Shown here: in pieces, positions 50,033 to 59,925 of the stretch | Numbering within the stretch: position 1 is the first letter of the stretch | How the letters are laid out: every line of letters begins with the position of its first letter | From: an uncultured Acidobacteriota bacterium | GTDB taxonomy: Bacteria; Acidobacteriota; Terriglobia; UBA7540 | NCBI GenBank assembly: GCA_963804995.1 | Contig: CAWDSK010000006.1 | Location: 1,376,001-1,440,000 of the forward strand | Direction: 5' to 3' | Length of the DNA stretch: 64,000 bases | Program-made: the position numbers and the translations under genes | Notes under the pieces: model-generated | What the model was told of the DNA's origin: nothing | The model's database searches: none | The model's input: the letters and a program-made list of their open reading frames with translations, nothing else

Positions 50033-50554
50033 TTATCCGGCGAAGAGTCTTTCCACCGTCTTCATGGGGATATACATCCGGTTCTGTGCGTCAGGGAAGG
50101 ACAGAAACCCATACTTGGAGTAGAACCGCCGGGCGTTGTCGTCTTTGACATCAACCATGACCGCCAGCGACGCGACGGTCCCAATGTTGTCAAACGCCCG
50201 CCGTAGCGCATCCAGCAGCAGCAAGTCTCCCATGCGTTGTCCGCGGAACCTGGTGTCGCGGGCGAGGCGCCCGATCAGCGTCGCGGGCAATTGAGGATAG
50301 CGCGGCCACTTCAGCTTCTTGAGGTCTTCCTCGGGGAGGTTGTCCGCCAGGATAACGGTTGAGGAGAGCGTGTAATAGCCCGCGATACGATTTTCCGGGG
50401 TCAACAAGACAAAGGGCGCGGCGGCATGTTTGCGTGCGTCCTGGCCTGCCTGCTCGCGCAGGTAGCGATCCAGCGGTTCGACGCCACACGTAAAATCCGC
50501 CCGGTCGTGGTCGCCCAGCGGCTCGATCCGAAAGACGGGTTGGGAAGGACTCAC
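50033..50554 (-). CDS. GNAT acetyltransferase toxin (AtaT/TacT-like, type II TA)
   Basis: HDRADFTCGVEPLDRYL, IAGYYTLS, PATLIGRLA, RGQRMG.LLLDA, ARRFYSKYGF. Confidence 0.9.
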   Translation of the reverse strand: MSPSQPVFRIEPLGDHDRADFTCGVEPLDRYLREQAGQDARKHAAAPFVLLTPENRIAGYYTLSSTVILADNLPEEDLKKLKWPRYPQLPATLIGRLARDTRFRGQRMGDLLLLDALRRAFDNIGTVASLAVMVDVKDDNARRFYSKYGFLSFPDAQNRMYIPMKTVERLFAG

Positions 50555-50838
50555 GGTTTTCCTATCACCTGCTGATAGTACCGGGCGGCGTCTCGCAGGC
50601 GCCGGTTGGGCAGAGGAGGATTCAACAGCGAAGCAACGAAGGCTTTGCGGTCACGCCGACTCAAATCGATCAGTTCCCGTTCGCGAATCACCCGCCGGGC
50701 AGATTCGACGGCACTGGCCACGATAAAATCCGTCAGACTTCGCCCTTCGAGGTTTGCGGCTTCCTGGCACAAGGCTTTCGTTTCAGCATTGACCCGTGCC
50801 TCGATCCGCTCCACCTTGCGCATGGCGGTTGTTGCCAT
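50551..50838 (-). CDS. DUF1778 RHH antitoxin
   Basis: ERIEARV...K....AANLEGRSLTDFI, LS..D...F..SLLNPP.PN.RL; 4-nt overlap with the toxin. Confidence 0.9.
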   Translation of the reverse strand: MATTAMRKVERIEARVNAETKALCQEAANLEGRSLTDFIVASAVESARRVIRERELIDLSRRDRKAFVASLLNPPLPNRRLRDAARYYQQVIGKP

Positions 50839-51264
50839 AATTAGTATCTCCCCGTTCAAAAACTACTTTCCTGTTGTACGGCAATTGGCCGCACATTGCA
50901 AGGAGATTTTCGGCATTGTTTACAAAGACTTGAGGGACTGGCGTTTCCGGGAGCGGCTAGCGCCCTCCCCGATTTCGTCTTAGCAAGCGGGGTAGCGCAA
51001 AGTCTCGTGCTCTTCGAGACTCTGCGGCTTTTCGTTTGCGGGGTGCAACTCCGGATCACCGCGCATGACACCCCGGAAAACGGGATTAGCATGTTACGTG
51101 TCAAGGTCATATGTTAATAAGACAGTTTATGTTTATCAGATTAAGAACCGCAAAGTGTGAAAGGCATACACTCTGCGCTACCTACTAATTTTAGTGAGTC
51201 ACTCAGGTGGATATAAGGAAGATATAAAGAAAAGGTAAATTTTGTCAACGCCTGTCGATTTTTC

Positions 51265-51294
51265 TTGACAGGCTCGAAGGCCCTGGCTTAGTTT
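51265..51294 (+). promoter_or_regulatory. Probable sigma70 promoter of the Mg2+ operon
   Basis: TTGACA at 51265-51270 and TAGTTT at 51289-51294, just upstream of the riboswitch. Confidence 0.5.
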
Positions 51295-51342
51295 GCCATG
51301 GGACGCTGGATCCGCAGGCTTTGATACGATTCGGCGTCTGGA

Positions 51343-51512
51343 TCCTCGGTAGGCGAGGCGTCCGCGCGACACACAAGCCACTGCCCAGTCAGTGTCCAAA
51401 GATGCTGATGGAATCGGTAGAACAGGCACTCCCGGATTAAGGGTTTGTCTAATGTGGCTGAGGTTCGAAAGCCTCTCACGGCGTGCGGTGCTGAAGCTTG
51501 GGCGAGTGAGGA
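51343..51512 (+). ncRNA. M-box (ykoK) Mg2+ riboswitch aptamer
   Basis: Hallmark blocks TAGGCGAGGC, CACTGCCC..TGTCCAAAGATGC..ATGG, AACAGG, TAAGG, TAATGTGGCTG, GGTGCTGAAGCT; closing stem tcctc/gagga; lies upstream of Mg2+ transport genes. Confidence 0.9.
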
Positions 51513-51566
51513 CAACCAGCTCGACAAAGGCTGCACGTCCGGGCCTTGCGGTCAGCCCTCGGCATT

Positions 51567-51606
51567 AGCCCCTTCTCCGTCTCCTGGGGAGGGGTAATTT
51601 TGTTTC
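51567..51606 (+). terminator. Putative riboswitch expression-platform terminator
   Basis: ccccttctcc...gggggagggg stem followed by taatttttgttt. Confidence 0.6.
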
Positions 51607-51888
51607 CCTCCCTGGTTTCACGTCTCACCTGCAGAAAGGAATATGAGAAACACCGGCAACAAGCCTTGGGGTCAAGGCGCGCCTGGCGTTGCTTGTTAGA
51701 AACGGCAGTGACTGGGTAGCGGACCTGCGTTTCTTGCAGGTCTGCGGCTTTCAAAAGTTCACGGCGGGAAAAGCCGCAGACTTCGAAAAGCACAAAGTCT
51801 GCGCTACCCGCCGTTCCTGCCGGATCACACCTTTTCTCCCACTGCCATCGCGCCTCAAATCCGAACCGAGAGCCAGCGGGATGCGTCC

Positions 51889-53160
51889 ATGAACGTTTTT
51901 TCCAAGCTCTATTACCGGTACAAGAAGATCCTGAAGGTCATCAGGCTATTCCTCATCATCGCCGGCCCCGGCATCATCGTCATGGTTGCCGACAACGATG
52001 CCGGAGGCATCACGACGTATACCGCCACGGGGGCGAAGTTCGGTTTCAGCCTCATCTGGTTCCTGATCCTGCTGGGGCCGGTCGCTTACTACGTGCAGGA
52101 GATGACCGTACGACTTGGGGCGGTGACCAAACGGGGTCATGCGGAGGCTATTTTTCACGCCTTCGGATCTTTTTGGGGATGGTTTTCCCTTTTGGACCTG
52201 GTGCTGTTGAATTGGCTCACCATGATCACGGAGTTTATCGGCATGACGGCGGCGCTCGGTATTTTCGGTGTGCCGCGAATCGTCACGGTGATCCTAGCTT
52301 CGGTCATGATGGGGACCATGGTCATCCAGGGGCGCTACTGGACATGGGAGAAGGCGGCCATGGTCTTTTGTGTACTCAATCTCATTTACATCCCCGCCGC
52401 GTTCATGATCCATCCTCCGGTCAGCCAAGTTCTTCAGGGATGCTTGATTCCACAGCTTCCACCCGGAGGCTTTACGAACGAGCTGTTCTTCTTCCTCATG
52501 GCGAATATCGGTACCACGATTGCGCCGTGGATGATTTTCTTCCAACAGAGTGCCGTGGTGGACAAGAGCCTGCAGGAGAAAGACATTACCGGCGGCAAGG
52601 TGGACACGGCGATCGGCGCCTTTTTCACCGTGCTGGTAGCCGCCTTTTGCGTGATCCTCACCGGCACGCTTCTCCCCGGTCAGAACATTTACGATGCCGC
52701 CTCGGCAGCCGCCAAATTTATGGGCATCAGCAAGCAACTCGGCACCTTCCTGGCCATCGGGTTATTCGACGCGGGATTTCTGGGAGCCATCTGCATCTCG
52801 CTCGCCAGCTCGTGGGCTTTCGGTGAGGTGTTCGGTTGGGCCCACTCTCTGAACAACAAAGTGAAAGAGGCGCCCTGGTTCTACGCGTATTACTTTTTCG
52901 GCATCTTTTTGGCGGGGGCGGTGGTTCTGATTCCGCACGCACCTCTGGTGCTGATCACCCTTTTTGTGCAGGTGATCGCGGTGACCTTACTGCCTGCGGC
53001 CTTGGTCTTTCTGATCCTGCTCCTTAACAACGAGGAAACCATGGGCCGGTACAAGAATTCAATGTTCCAAAATATCGCCAACATCACGATCGTGACGATG
53101 ATCATCCTCGTTTCCACCTTGTACGGAATCAGCGCGCTGTTTCCAAACATTCTGAAGTGA
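51889..53160 (+). CDS. NRAMP-related divalent cation (probably Mg2+) transporter
   Basis: GPG...ADNDAGG, QEMTVRLG, GTTIAPW in place of the MntH DPGN / MPH motifs; many TM helices; M-box upstream. Confidence 0.9.
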   Translation: MNVFSKLYYRYKKILKVIRLFLIIAGPGIIVMVADNDAGGITTYTATGAKFGFSLIWFLILLGPVAYYVQEMTVRLGAVTKRGHAEAIFHAFGSFWGWFSLLDLVLLNWLTMITEFIGMTAALGIFGVPRIVTVILASVMMGTMVIQGRYWTWEKAAMVFCVLNLIYIPAAFMIHPPVSQVLQGCLIPQLPPGGFTNELFFFLMANIGTTIAPWMIFFQQSAVVDKSLQEKDITGGKVDTAIGAFFTVLVAAFCVILTGTLLPGQNIYDAASAAAKFMGISKQLGTFLAIGLFDAGFLGAICISLASSWAFGEVFGWAHSLNNKVKEAPWFYAYYFFGIFLAGAVVLIPHAPLVLITLFVQVIAVTLLPAALVFLILLLNNEETMGRYKNSMFQNIANITIVTMIILVSTLYGISALFPNILK

Positions 53161-53181
53161 ACGATTGGGTCGAGGCTCAAC

Positions 53182-53358
53182 ATGATTCTTGAATTCTTTA
53201 AGAACACGATCGGCACCGTGAGGTCCATCAACCAGAAGTACGCTAAACCCCAGATCAAAATGACCCGAATGGTGAAGTTCTCTCTCTTGTTGCTCCGGCT
53301 TTATTTGATATTTCTGGTCGGGATATTGGTCTACAAGTTCATTACGATGCTCCGTTAA
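53182..53358 (+). CDS. Small (58 aa) single-TM protein in the Mg2+ operon (not in ORF track)
   Basis: GAGG RBS; MILEFFKNTIGTVRSINQKYAKPQIKMTRMVKFSLLLLRLYLIFLVGILVYKFITMLR; fills the intergenic gap. Confidence 0.8.
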   Translation: MILEFFKNTIGTVRSINQKYAKPQIKMTRMVKFSLLLLRLYLIFLVGILVYKFITMLR

Positions 53359-53371
53359 GCAGAGGTAACTC

Positions 53372-54649
53372 ATGAGCGAAACGAAAACGGCCCGGAACGG
53401 GGTAGAGAAGCGCTATTTCTTAACCGAACTCATCGGGGCACGCGCCTATCTGCAGGGGAAGAAGATCGGCAAGCTAACCGACGTCATCGTCGTAGACCAG
53501 GGCAAGCTGGCCGAGGTCACCCATTTCGAGATTAGTCGGCCCTTCGGTGACCCCGCGTTGCTGATACCGCAGCAAAAGGCCCGATCGCTTGGCCCTCGGG
53601 AAATCACCATCGACATCGAGGATCCACAGAGCTATGTACGGGGGCTTTTGCCCGGAGAAATCCCGCTGAGGGACTATCTCTTGGACAAAAAAGTTTTGGA
53701 CATCGAGGGCCGAGAGGTCGAAGTTGTCTACGACATTCGTTTGGCGGTAACTAGTGACAAGGTCTACGTGAGCGATGTCGACATCAGCCGTTACGGGTTG
53801 CTCCGCCAACTGGGACTGCGGGCTCTTGCCAACCGCTTATCCAAACGAAGCGGCGACGGCGAAAAAAACCTCATCCCTTGGTCCTATATCCAGCCCTTGC
53901 CGCCCCAACTGGGCGCACTACAAGGGGATCTCAGGCTCAGCATCCTGAAAGAAAGGCTCGCCGAGATTCATCCCGTGGACTTGGCCGATATCCTGGAAGA
54001 ACTCGACAGTTCCCAAAGGGCCACCATCATGGAGGGTCTGGATACCGAACACGCCTCCGACACGCTGGAGGAGGTTGAGCCGGCGGTGCAGCGTGATATT
54101 GTCCGCTCGCTGCGGAAAGATCGAGTGGCCGAACTGATCAGAGAAATGACACCCGGCCAGGCGGCCGATATTCTGTCGGTTCTTCCCTCCGATGACAAGA
54201 AAGCCATCCTAAGACTGCTCGAGCCATCCCAAGTCACGAAGATCGAAAAAATATTAGAAGAACAGGACCTCAACATTATCAGTTTCGCCTCGACTCGCTT
54301 TTTCAAGTTTCCCCCGGAAATCACCGTCGAGGAAGCCCAGGTAAAATGCCGTGAAATGGCCAAACGAATCGACGTTGTGATGTACCTCTACATCGTGGAT
54401 CCCAGCGACAAACTCCTGGGGGTGGCGGATATCAAAGACCTGTTCATGGCTGGGGACAACGAACTGCTGCGGGACCTGATGGTTGATAACGTCATCACCC
54501 TCAACCCCACGAGCACGATGAAAGAGGCCTTGAATCTGTTCACGCGATACAACTTTAAGGCTCTCCCCGTGGTCGGTGTGAACAACGCCATTCTGGGGGC
54601 TGTACCTTGCCGTGATGTGATGAACGTTAGGCACCGGGTTTTAGAGTAG
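53372..54649 (+). CDS. Soluble PRC-barrel / MgtE N-domain / CBS-pair protein (no TM domain)
   Basis: LLDKKVLDIEGREV, IHPVDLADILEEL, MTPGQAADIL, YLYIVD..DKLLGV, YNFKALPVV. Confidence 0.88.
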   Translation: MSETKTARNGVEKRYFLTELIGARAYLQGKKIGKLTDVIVVDQGKLAEVTHFEISRPFGDPALLIPQQKARSLGPREITIDIEDPQSYVRGLLPGEIPLRDYLLDKKVLDIEGREVEVVYDIRLAVTSDKVYVSDVDISRYGLLRQLGLRALANRLSKRSGDGEKNLIPWSYIQPLPPQLGALQGDLRLSILKERLAEIHPVDLADILEELDSSQRATIMEGLDTEHASDTLEEVEPAVQRDIVRSLRKDRVAELIREMTPGQAADILSVLPSDDKKAILRLLEPSQVTKIEKILEEQDLNIISFASTRFFKFPPEITVEEAQVKCREMAKRIDVVMYLYIVDPSDKLLGVADIKDLFMAGDNELLRDLMVDNVITLNPTSTMKEALNLFTRYNFKALPVVGVNNAILGAVPCRDVMNVRHRVLE

Positions 54650-54708
54650 ACAACCCCAGGGCCTGCCCGCGCCTACTCCAGCGTGCTGGAAGTGTGGAGG
54701 AGGCAATC

Positions 54709-54858
54709 ATGGGAACGCTTGCAAAGATTGTTTACCTCGGGTTTGGAGTGAGCTACATCTTGGGCTTGGCGTTGTACTTTTTAGCGCCGAGATTGCGCAA
54801 GCTTGTAAGGCGTAGTTTGACAAACCAGGATCGACACAAAGCCAACTATAACGAATGA
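54709..54858 (+). CDS. Small (49 aa) single-TM protein (not in ORF track)
   Basis: GGAGGAGG RBS; MGTLAKIVYLGFGVSYILGLALYFLAPRLRKLVRRSLTNQDRHKANYNE. Confidence 0.6.
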   Translation: MGTLAKIVYLGFGVSYILGLALYFLAPRLRKLVRRSLTNQDRHKANYNE

Positions 54859-55030
54859 AGGGAGGGAGCGACAAGGCTCACCCTGAAATGGACGACGGCC
54901 TGCCGGCGCAGGGCGAGCGCAGCCCTGCGATCCTAATACGGTCTGATGACGTGAATCGCCCCGACTGGTCGGGGCGCCAACCGGATAACCGCTGGGCTCC
55001 GGAGACACCATTGATTCTTCCTCATAACGA

Positions 55031-55064
55031 GAGGAATAGGCAATAATGCAGGAGGATCAGGCTA
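55031..55064 (+). promoter_or_regulatory. Possible AraC-type operator: direct repeats at 21-bp period
   Basis: gaggaataggcaa at 55031 and gaggatcaggcta at 55052, upstream of the aldo/keto reductase. Confidence 0.5.
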
Positions 55065-55089
55065 CCGCTCCGACGGCTCCTGACTCTAA

Positions 55090-56124
<1,035 letters not shown>

Positions 56125-56156
56125 TGTTTAATCACGATCCGTAGAGGTTGAGGACA

Positions 56157-56552
56157 ATGGAAATCAAACGAAGCGGTTCACAGCCTTCCGTCAAGGGTCC
56201 GTCAGAGTGGTTCACTGGCACGGTACGGATCGATCCGCTTTTTCAGGCGCCCGATCCGGCACTCGTTCAAGGCGCCAGCGTGACTTTTGAGCCGGGCGCG
56301 AGGACTGCGTGGCATACGCATCCACTCGGTCAGACTCTCATCGTTACGGCTGGCTGCGGCTGGGTCCAGCGCTGGGGAGGCCCGATTGAGGAAATTCGGC
56401 CCGGCGATGTGGTCTGGTTCCCGCCCGGAGAGAAGCACTGGCATGGGGCCACGCCGACCACGGCTATGACGCACATCGCCATTCAGGAAAAGCTCGACGG
56501 AAAGGTTGTCGACTGGATGGAACAGGTCAGTGACGAGCAATACCGGAAGTGA
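56157..56552 (+). CDS. Cupin domain protein
   Basis: [18 protein letters not shown] and GEKHWHGA. Confidence 0.92.
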   Translation: MEIKRSGSQPSVKGPSEWFTGTVRIDPLFQAPDPALVQGASVTFEPGARTAWHTHPLGQTLIVTAGCGWVQRWGGPIEEIRPGDVVWFPPGEKHWHGATPTTAMTHIAIQEKLDGKVVDWMEQVSDEQYRK

Positions 56553-56581
56553 TCGGTTCCCGCCGGCTGGCGCGTAGGGTC

Positions 56582-56673
56582 GGTCGTGGTGCAGTTTGAT
56601 GTAGCGGCGAGTTTACCTCGCCATGTGGCGGCGTCATGCCGCCTCGATAATGGCGGGGTAAACCCGCCGCTAC
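56582..56673. repeat. REP/MITE-like element, family 1
   Basis: ggtcgtggtgcagtttga followed by the inverted pair gtagcggcgagtttacctcgcc / ggcggggtaaacccgccgctac. Confidence 0.8.
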
Positions 56674-56709
56674 GAAACAGGGGCGGGACCGGAAGTTCCA
56701 CGCCGCTGC

Positions 56710-57828
56710 TCACTTCGCGTTGCGCAGGGCTTCGTCCACAGCTTGGTAATAGCTTTCGGGGGAGTCCAGGCCCAGGACCTTCTTCCCATTGATAAAGCTG
56801 GTGGGTGTCCTGTCCACGTCCACGCGCTTGCCTTCGGCGCTATCGGCGTTTACGCGCGGCAGCGACGCCTTGGCATCAATGCACGCGGCCAGTTTCACGC
56901 GGTCGACCCCCGACTGCTCGCCGTAAGCAAGCAGCAAATCCCGGAGGTTGGTGATATTGATGGCCTGCTGGCTGCGGAAGATCGCCGAGCGCAGGGGCAC
57001 ATAGGAGGAGGGGTTCATCTGGTAGGCACACTGGCAGGCAATGGCAGCCGTCAAAGACCAGTCGTGAAAACCCACGAGGGGGAATTCCTTGAAGACCACG
57101 CGCACCTTGTTTCCGTATCGGGGCAACAATTGGGTTAACAGGAACTCGTGCAGCCGGGCGCACATGGGGCATTGCAGATCGCCGAACTCAACGATCGTCA
57201 CGGGAGCGTTCTCCGGCCCTAGCGAGGGCGCGTTGTGAAGCGAAAGGGTGTGCAAGGCTTGCTGCTGCGGATCTACTTGTAAATTGAAGATCTCGCTCAT
57301 GATCAGGTGCTTGCCATCCCGGGCGAGAAGCAGGGGCTTGGTCTGCTTAACCTTTCCGTCGTCGGCGAGAAGGGACCCTTCCCTGAAGTCAGGCGCGGGA
57401 GAGGGGTGGAAGGCTGTCACCGCAAGCTTTGTCGCGTCCGGAACCTTGAAGGCCTCCTTGACTCGTCGAACCATCTCAGAGTCTGAATTCTGATCGAGAC
57501 TCAGGACGGGGCCCACAACCACAATGAGATAATGCGAGTCCTTGGAGATGAACACCAACTGATTGCCCTTGTTCTTGCCGTCGTCCACAGCGACGTCGGC
57601 TTCATAGAAACCCGCGGTAAATGAATTGCGCGGCGGACCCAGGGTGAGCTTCGTACTATCGTGAACCCCAAAGCGTTCACGGATGTAGTGCAACACCTTG
57701 TCACGTGTGGCGTTGTCGAACGCCGGTGGGGCAGCGGATTGCCCCGCTCCGCCTACCAGCCGCGGGACTCCACCCCCCAGCGCCAGGAATAACGCCACCC
57801 ACAGGACCTTCGAAGGTTTGCCTTTCAA
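56710..57828 (-). CDS. DsbA/DsbC-like thioredoxin-fold protein, paralog 2 (CPMC) with a duplicated N-terminal domain
   Basis: APVTIVEFGDLQCPMC, FKEFPL..HDW, RTPTSFING; two copies of the 'F.V.D..KL....SKD/RDG..L' domain. Confidence 0.9.
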   Translation of the reverse strand: MKGKPSKVLWVALFLALGGGVPRLVGGAGQSAAPPAFDNATRDKVLHYIRERFGVHDSTKLTLGPPRNSFTAGFYEADVAVDDGKNKGNQLVFISKDSHYLIVVVGPVLSLDQNSDSEMVRRVKEAFKVPDATKLAVTAFHPSPAPDFREGSLLADDGKVKQTKPLLLARDGKHLIMSEIFNLQVDPQQQALHTLSLHNAPSLGPENAPVTIVEFGDLQCPMCARLHEFLLTQLLPRYGNKVRVVFKEFPLVGFHDWSLTAAIACQCAYQMNPSSYVPLRSAIFRSQQAINITNLRDLLLAYGEQSGVDRVKLAACIDAKASLPRVNADSAEGKRVDVDRTPTSFINGKKVLGLDSPESYYQAVDEALRNAK

Positions 57829-58068
57829 GCGGGTCTTATCCTCCCTTGGGAACGAGTTCGCCTGCAGCCCATAGATGATTCTAGTGAATCTGGCGCGTTC
57901 ATGGCAAACGCGATTTTTCCGGGCAGACCTATACCAAGCCCGGATTTCTCGCGGCGGGCCTTGTAGCAGCGGTCTATGAGGTTTTCACACAGACTCTTCA
58001 GCCCCGCCTTACGACAGCTCGAAGAAAATGGTATGGCCTGGTGAGAAATCCCAGCTAGCGTCCGATTT

Positions 58069-58950
58069 TCATTTGCCCTTGGGTGTTTCCAAAGCCACTT
58101 TAGCGTTGGAAAATCCTGTCTCAATATCCCTGCCGCGGTGGTACAGGAAAACGTGCACAAGAAACATTAAGGTAAGAACACCCCCGAAGGTGCAGACGAT
58201 AGTCGCGCCAGTAGGCAAATCCAGCACGACTGAGAGATAAACGCCCAGTGCTGAAACCAGCGTTCCCATCGTCCACCCGATGGCCAGGCGCCGCCCAATC
58301 CGATCCGCAAACAGCATGGCGCCCACAGAGGGCACGATCAAGTAACAGAAAACCAGCAGGACGCCGGCGATGGCGACCGAAGACGTGACCACGAATCCGA
58401 ACGATGCGTAGAAGAGGAAGTCCCAGAATCGTACCGAGATGCCCTGGGCCTCGGCCCCCTTGGGATCGATGGAAATGAGCAGGAACTTCTTGCGGAAGAT
58501 GAAGTGGAATAAGCCAATGGCGGCATAGAGCGCCGCGGTCTTGGCCACTTCCGGCCCGGAGACGGCCAGGATGTTGCCCACCAGCATATCCTTCAGGTGC
58601 TCAGTTTCGCCGGTGGCTTTGCTCATGGCCAGAATCGCCGCGGCGGAGGCAACGGCATAGGCAATGCCGATGATGGCTTCCTGCGGAATGTGCGCGCGTC
58701 GCACGCGGAGGAGAGAAAAGATCGCCGCCCCCAGAAAAGTGAAAGCCAAGCTGACCCAGTAAGTTCTGCCGCCGTGCGGGTCCATGCCGAAAAGGATCGC
58801 CACCGTGGCGCCGAGCGCCGCGATCTGCGCCAGGGCGAGATCGACGAAGATAACCCCGCGCTCGACCACGTGCACGCCCAGGTAGGCGTGGATACCCGTG
58901 AGGATCAGACTGGCCAGGAACGGCATCAGCAAGAACGGAAGAATTTCCAT
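58069..58950 (-). CDS. Metal (Zn/Mn-type) ABC transporter permease
   Basis: YLGVHVVERGVIFVDLALAQ, EAIIGIAY, GVLLVF.YLIVP, DLPTGA. Confidence 0.9.
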   Translation of the reverse strand: MEILPFLLMPFLASLILTGIHAYLGVHVVERGVIFVDLALAQIAALGATVAILFGMDPHGGRTYWVSLAFTFLGAAIFSLLRVRRAHIPQEAIIGIAYAVASAAAILAMSKATGETEHLKDMLVGNILAVSGPEVAKTAALYAAIGLFHFIFRKKFLLISIDPKGAEAQGISVRFWDFLFYASFGFVVTSSVAIAGVLLVFCYLIVPSVGAMLFADRIGRRLAIGWTMGTLVSALGVYLSVVLDLPTGATIVCTFGGVLTLMFLVHVFLYHRGRDIETGFSNAKVALETPKGK

Positions 58951-58968
58951 TCAACCTCCTTCGTCTCC

Positions 58969-59916
58969 CTAATGTATGGCAGCGACCGCTTTACTAAGCA
59001 ACGCAATATCGTAATCGAAAAGTTTGAAATAATCCGTCACTTCTTTTTCCCCGCCCACCGAGGGCAGCATGACCAGAACCTGTGCTCCCGTCTGGCTGCC
59101 AATGCTGTTCGGGGTCTTCAGGTCAAAGTAGGGCTCAACCATGATCAGCTTCACATTGTCACGCCGCATCATCCCGATCAGTTCCAGGGTGTGGCTGGGA
59201 GAGGGGGGGATGCCCGGGCGGGGTTCGACATAGCCCACCACATTCAAATCGAAGCGTTTGGCGAAGTTCGGCCAGGACTTATGATAGGAAACTACCTTCA
59301 ACCCGTGGAACGGCTTCATGGCTTCGTCCCAGACTTTTTCCTGAGTGGTAAGCCGCTGGCTGAACGCCTGGAAGCGTTGTTCGAAATAGGCAGTATCTTC
59401 GGGCCGCATCTCCGCAAGTTTCATCTGAATCCCATGCGCGATGCGGCGACCGTTCTCCGGGTCAAGCCAGTAGTGCGGGTTGCCCAACGGGTGCACATCA
59501 CCCATGGCCCGAGTGACCACCCCGGTGGGCTTCTCAAGTATTTCCGCGAAATCCGAGGCGTCCAGGTAGCCGGCCGCTCCCACCTGAATGCGCGGGTTGC
59601 CGGACTGGGTAATAAGAGGCGGCAGCCAGCCGATTTCCAGTTGCAGGCCGACCACGATCAGCAAGTCCGCCTTTCGCAGCTTCAGCAGGAAGCTGGGCTT
59701 CGCCTCCACAAAGTGGGGGTCTTGATAGCCGCGGGCAATGGATTCCACCTCAATGTGGTCGCCGCCGATCTCCGACGCGAGCGCGGCCAGGTCGCTGGTG
59801 GCCGTGACCACCTTGATCTTCGCGGCAGCTCGCGCCCGGACGGGGCAAAGCACGCCGAGCGCGATGGCCAAGCTCGAAAACAGCGCGAAACGCAAGAGCA
59901 CGTATTGTTGGTTCAT
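58969..59916 (-). CDS. Metal ABC transporter substrate-binding protein (cluster A-I)
   Basis: QDPHFVEAKPS, GDVHPLGNPHYWLDP, SYHKSW, EPRPGIPPSPSH. Confidence 0.92.
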   Translation of the reverse strand: MNQQYVLLRFALFSSLAIALGVLCPVRARAAAKIKVVTATSDLAALASEIGGDHIEVESIARGYQDPHFVEAKPSFLLKLRKADLLIVVGLQLEIGWLPPLITQSGNPRIQVGAAGYLDASDFAEILEKPTGVVTRAMGDVHPLGNPHYWLDPENGRRIAHGIQMKLAEMRPEDTAYFEQRFQAFSQRLTTQEKVWDEAMKPFHGLKVVSYHKSWPNFAKRFDLNVVGYVEPRPGIPPSPSHTLELIGMMRRDNVKLIMVEPYFDLKTPNSIGSQTGAQVLVMLPSVGGEKEVTDYFKLFDYDIALLSKAVAAIH

Positions 59917-59925
59917 CGGACCTCC

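Noticed and set aside
51889..53160. Naming this gene mntH and the downstream gene mgtE
   Set aside because: The transporter lacks the MntH DPGN/MPH motifs, and the downstream protein lacks the MgtE membrane domain.
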